DNA of 39,249 nt, taken from positions 1-39,249 of the forward strand of contig LXFE01002348.1 of the NCBI GenBank assembly GCA_001929475.1, written 5' to 3'. Below are positions 36,972 through 39,249 of this stretch, in pieces (within the stretch, counting starts at the first letter, position 1; every line of letters starts with the position of its first letter). The notes under the pieces were generated by a model. That model had not been told where the DNA came from, did no database searches, and saw only the letters and a list, made by a program, of their open reading frames with translations. This stretch comes from Neolecta irregularis DAH-3 (lineage: Eukaryota). The translations under genes and the position numbers were made by a program.

Positions 36972-38835
36972 ATGAAGGCTACGGTAGCATCACGTTTATC
37001 CAGTACATCATCTAGCAGTTCGTCAGACCAGAATGTAGCGACTGTCAACTCTAGAGACAAATTGCGGCCAGGACCCGAGAAAATGAGCAGTTACGACGTT
37101 GTTTTAAAACCGAACAAAGACTCCCTAAAACGACAAATACTCAACAGTTTCAAACGCAAAGATCAAGATATAGAGGATGATAATCATAGCTTTTCCCCGT
37201 TACAGATGGTTTTGATGCCACTGGGAACTTGTATCGGAACCGGTCTGTTCATTGGGACAGCGATTTCACTACGAGAAGGTGGCCCTGGTGGTCTATTAGT
37301 GTCGAATTTATTCATGGCTCTACTGATGGTTTTCGTTATTCCGAGTCTTGGAGAGATGTCTGCTACAATTCCTGTTACTGGTTCTTTCACAGCCTATTCA
37401 GCAATGTTTATCCATCCTTCATGGGGATTTGCTATGGGTTGGATGTAATGACTTCCTAATTAAATGCTGGTTTTGACGAGGCTAGTTACGCTTTAAATTG
37501 GCTAACTGTATTCCCACTGGAGTTGACGGCTACGAGCATGGCAATCAATTACTGGCAATCAAACCCAATTGCTCCTGGATATGTACTTGCTCTCCTTTTC
37601 GTTGTAATCATCATTGTCAATCTTTTCGGACCTCAAGGATATGCTACATCAGAATCAACAGCCTCAATAGTCAAGGTTATTGGTGTAATGCTCTTCGTAA
37701 TCGTTGGTGAGTATTCCTTGCATTCGTTACTAAATATCACTAGGCATCATGCAGAATGTTGGTTATCTTCCTCGAGTTAATGGCGAGTATATCGGGGGAC
37801 AATACTGGCGAATACCTGGTCCTTTAGCGCACGGCTTCAAAGGTGTATGCTCCACTCTCGTACACGCTGCTTTTGCGTTCTCGGGAACTGAGATGGTTGG
37901 GATGTATGCTGCACAAGCGAAGAACCCAGCGAAATCAATACCGTCCTCAACCAAACAAGTCTTCTGGCGGATCGGACTGTACGTGAACACATAATATCTC
38001 GTTGCTGACTCCTAGATTCTACATCGCTGCAGTCATCATTATTGGCCTGGATATTCCATATAATGACCCCGGTTTGTATGATGAACATTCATCTTCACCA
38101 TTTGTGTTGGCGATGATGAAGACGAAATTGGGCGCCCTTCCATTCATCGAAAATCTCGTTATTGTTCTATCCATTCTATCCGTCGCAAATTGTAGCGTCT
38201 TTGCGGCTAGCACAACTATCGTAGGTCTTTCGAGAAAAAATCTTGCGCCCAGCCTCTTCGGGTATGTCGATCGGCAAGGGAGGCCTTTGCCATCACTTTT
38301 ACTGAGTCTTATTTTTGGTACTTTGGCATTCATCAAACTTTCAAGCGCCGGTACCCAGCTTTTTGATTGGCTTTTGTCTCTGTCAGGTTTTGGGGCGATT
38401 CTTCAATGGGCCAGTATTCTGTTTTCGCACATTCGTATTCGGAAAGCTTTGAGGAGAGAATTCCCTTTGGATTCACTTCCCTATCGAGCACTTTGTGGAG
38501 TCTGGGGTTCTTGGGCTGGCTTATTTATGCTCGGTCTCGCAATTCTGGCGCAATTTTACACTGCTTTCTTCCCAATCCAAGGATCGTTCACAATCGAAGT
38601 ATTTTTTCAAAAGATTCTTGCCCTGATCGTTATCCTTTTGTTATTCTTCTCACATGTTATTTTTGCAAACAGATCTTCATTTGTTGACGGAAAGCGATGG
38701 AGGCTTATACCAACCAGCTCAATCAATATGAAGGAGTTTGTTGGAAACAAGGTTGATTGCATCAAGGGAGACAAGAACGTTTCGACAGAGATCGTTCGAG
38801 GAAAAGCTATGCGTATTGTTGACTTCTTGTGTTGA
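36972..38835 (+). CDS. Amino-acid permease (APC superfamily, yeast amino acid transporter type); 3 introns
   Basis: GTCIGTGLF, GGPGG, LGEM, GFAMGW, FAFSGTEMVG, KQVFWRI, SPFV, DRQGRP, FDWLLSLSG. Introns 37445-37485, 37707-37743, 37979-38015. TATAAA at 36920-36925. Confidence 0.93.
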
Positions 38836-39249
38836 TTGGTATTATGGTTGCATTCCGGAGGGTCACAGGTTTAGATTTCATGTACATAGATTTGTACGTA
38901 ATTGATATGAGTAAGTGAAAGATACAGGCATCCGCACAGTTCATGGATATGTATGCTTTCCATTCAATCTTGTGATAAATTATAATCCAAAATCATGATT
39001 GTTATTAAATACAATTGGCTAGTTAACAATACAGAAGACCAGCCCTTTTTAATATCCGCCAGCAGCAGCCTGGTATCAAACGGAAAGAGCAGTCGACAAG
39101 ATAAGAGAACGCGAAAACAGGAATTACAGAGTAGGGGGAGCGGTCGATGGCTGCACAGCAGGCTACCAGTGTAAGCTTTGATACTCCGGAGTACAAATAA
39201 GACCAGGTTTATAGTACTAGCCTAAGTGTTGTATCTCAGGCTAGGTATT

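Overview
Gene-dense eukaryotic (fungal) genomic DNA. It is probably an early-diverging ascomycete of the Taphrinomycotina (Neolecta-like); this is inferred from the Spo5 and Mor2 homologues, the compactness and the intron style, not proven. I reconstructed 16 intron-containing protein genes by hand: Dicer, Syo1/HEATR3, MLH1, a METTL4-like MT-A70 methyltransferase, a GNAT, an FAH hydrolase, methylmalonate-semialdehyde dehydrogenase (ALDH6), RIO2, Spo5, NADPH-P450 reductase, Mor2/Tao3, PEX12, a DUF202 protein, RPN1, phosphatidylserine synthase and an amino-acid permease. The striking signal is the splicing system. Of about 90 inferred introns, all but one are 32-44 nt, with very degenerate donors, 7-8 GC-AG introns, about 17 AAG acceptors and one apparently obligatory GT-CG intron in MLH1. 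The single long intron (180 nt, in ALDH6) folds into a multi-hairpin structure whose closing stem pairs a cryptic acceptor with a cryptic donor around a stop-containing exon, making it a candidate RNA-structure splicing switch. Exon boundaries are manual inferences from protein conservation and need RNA-seq confirmation.
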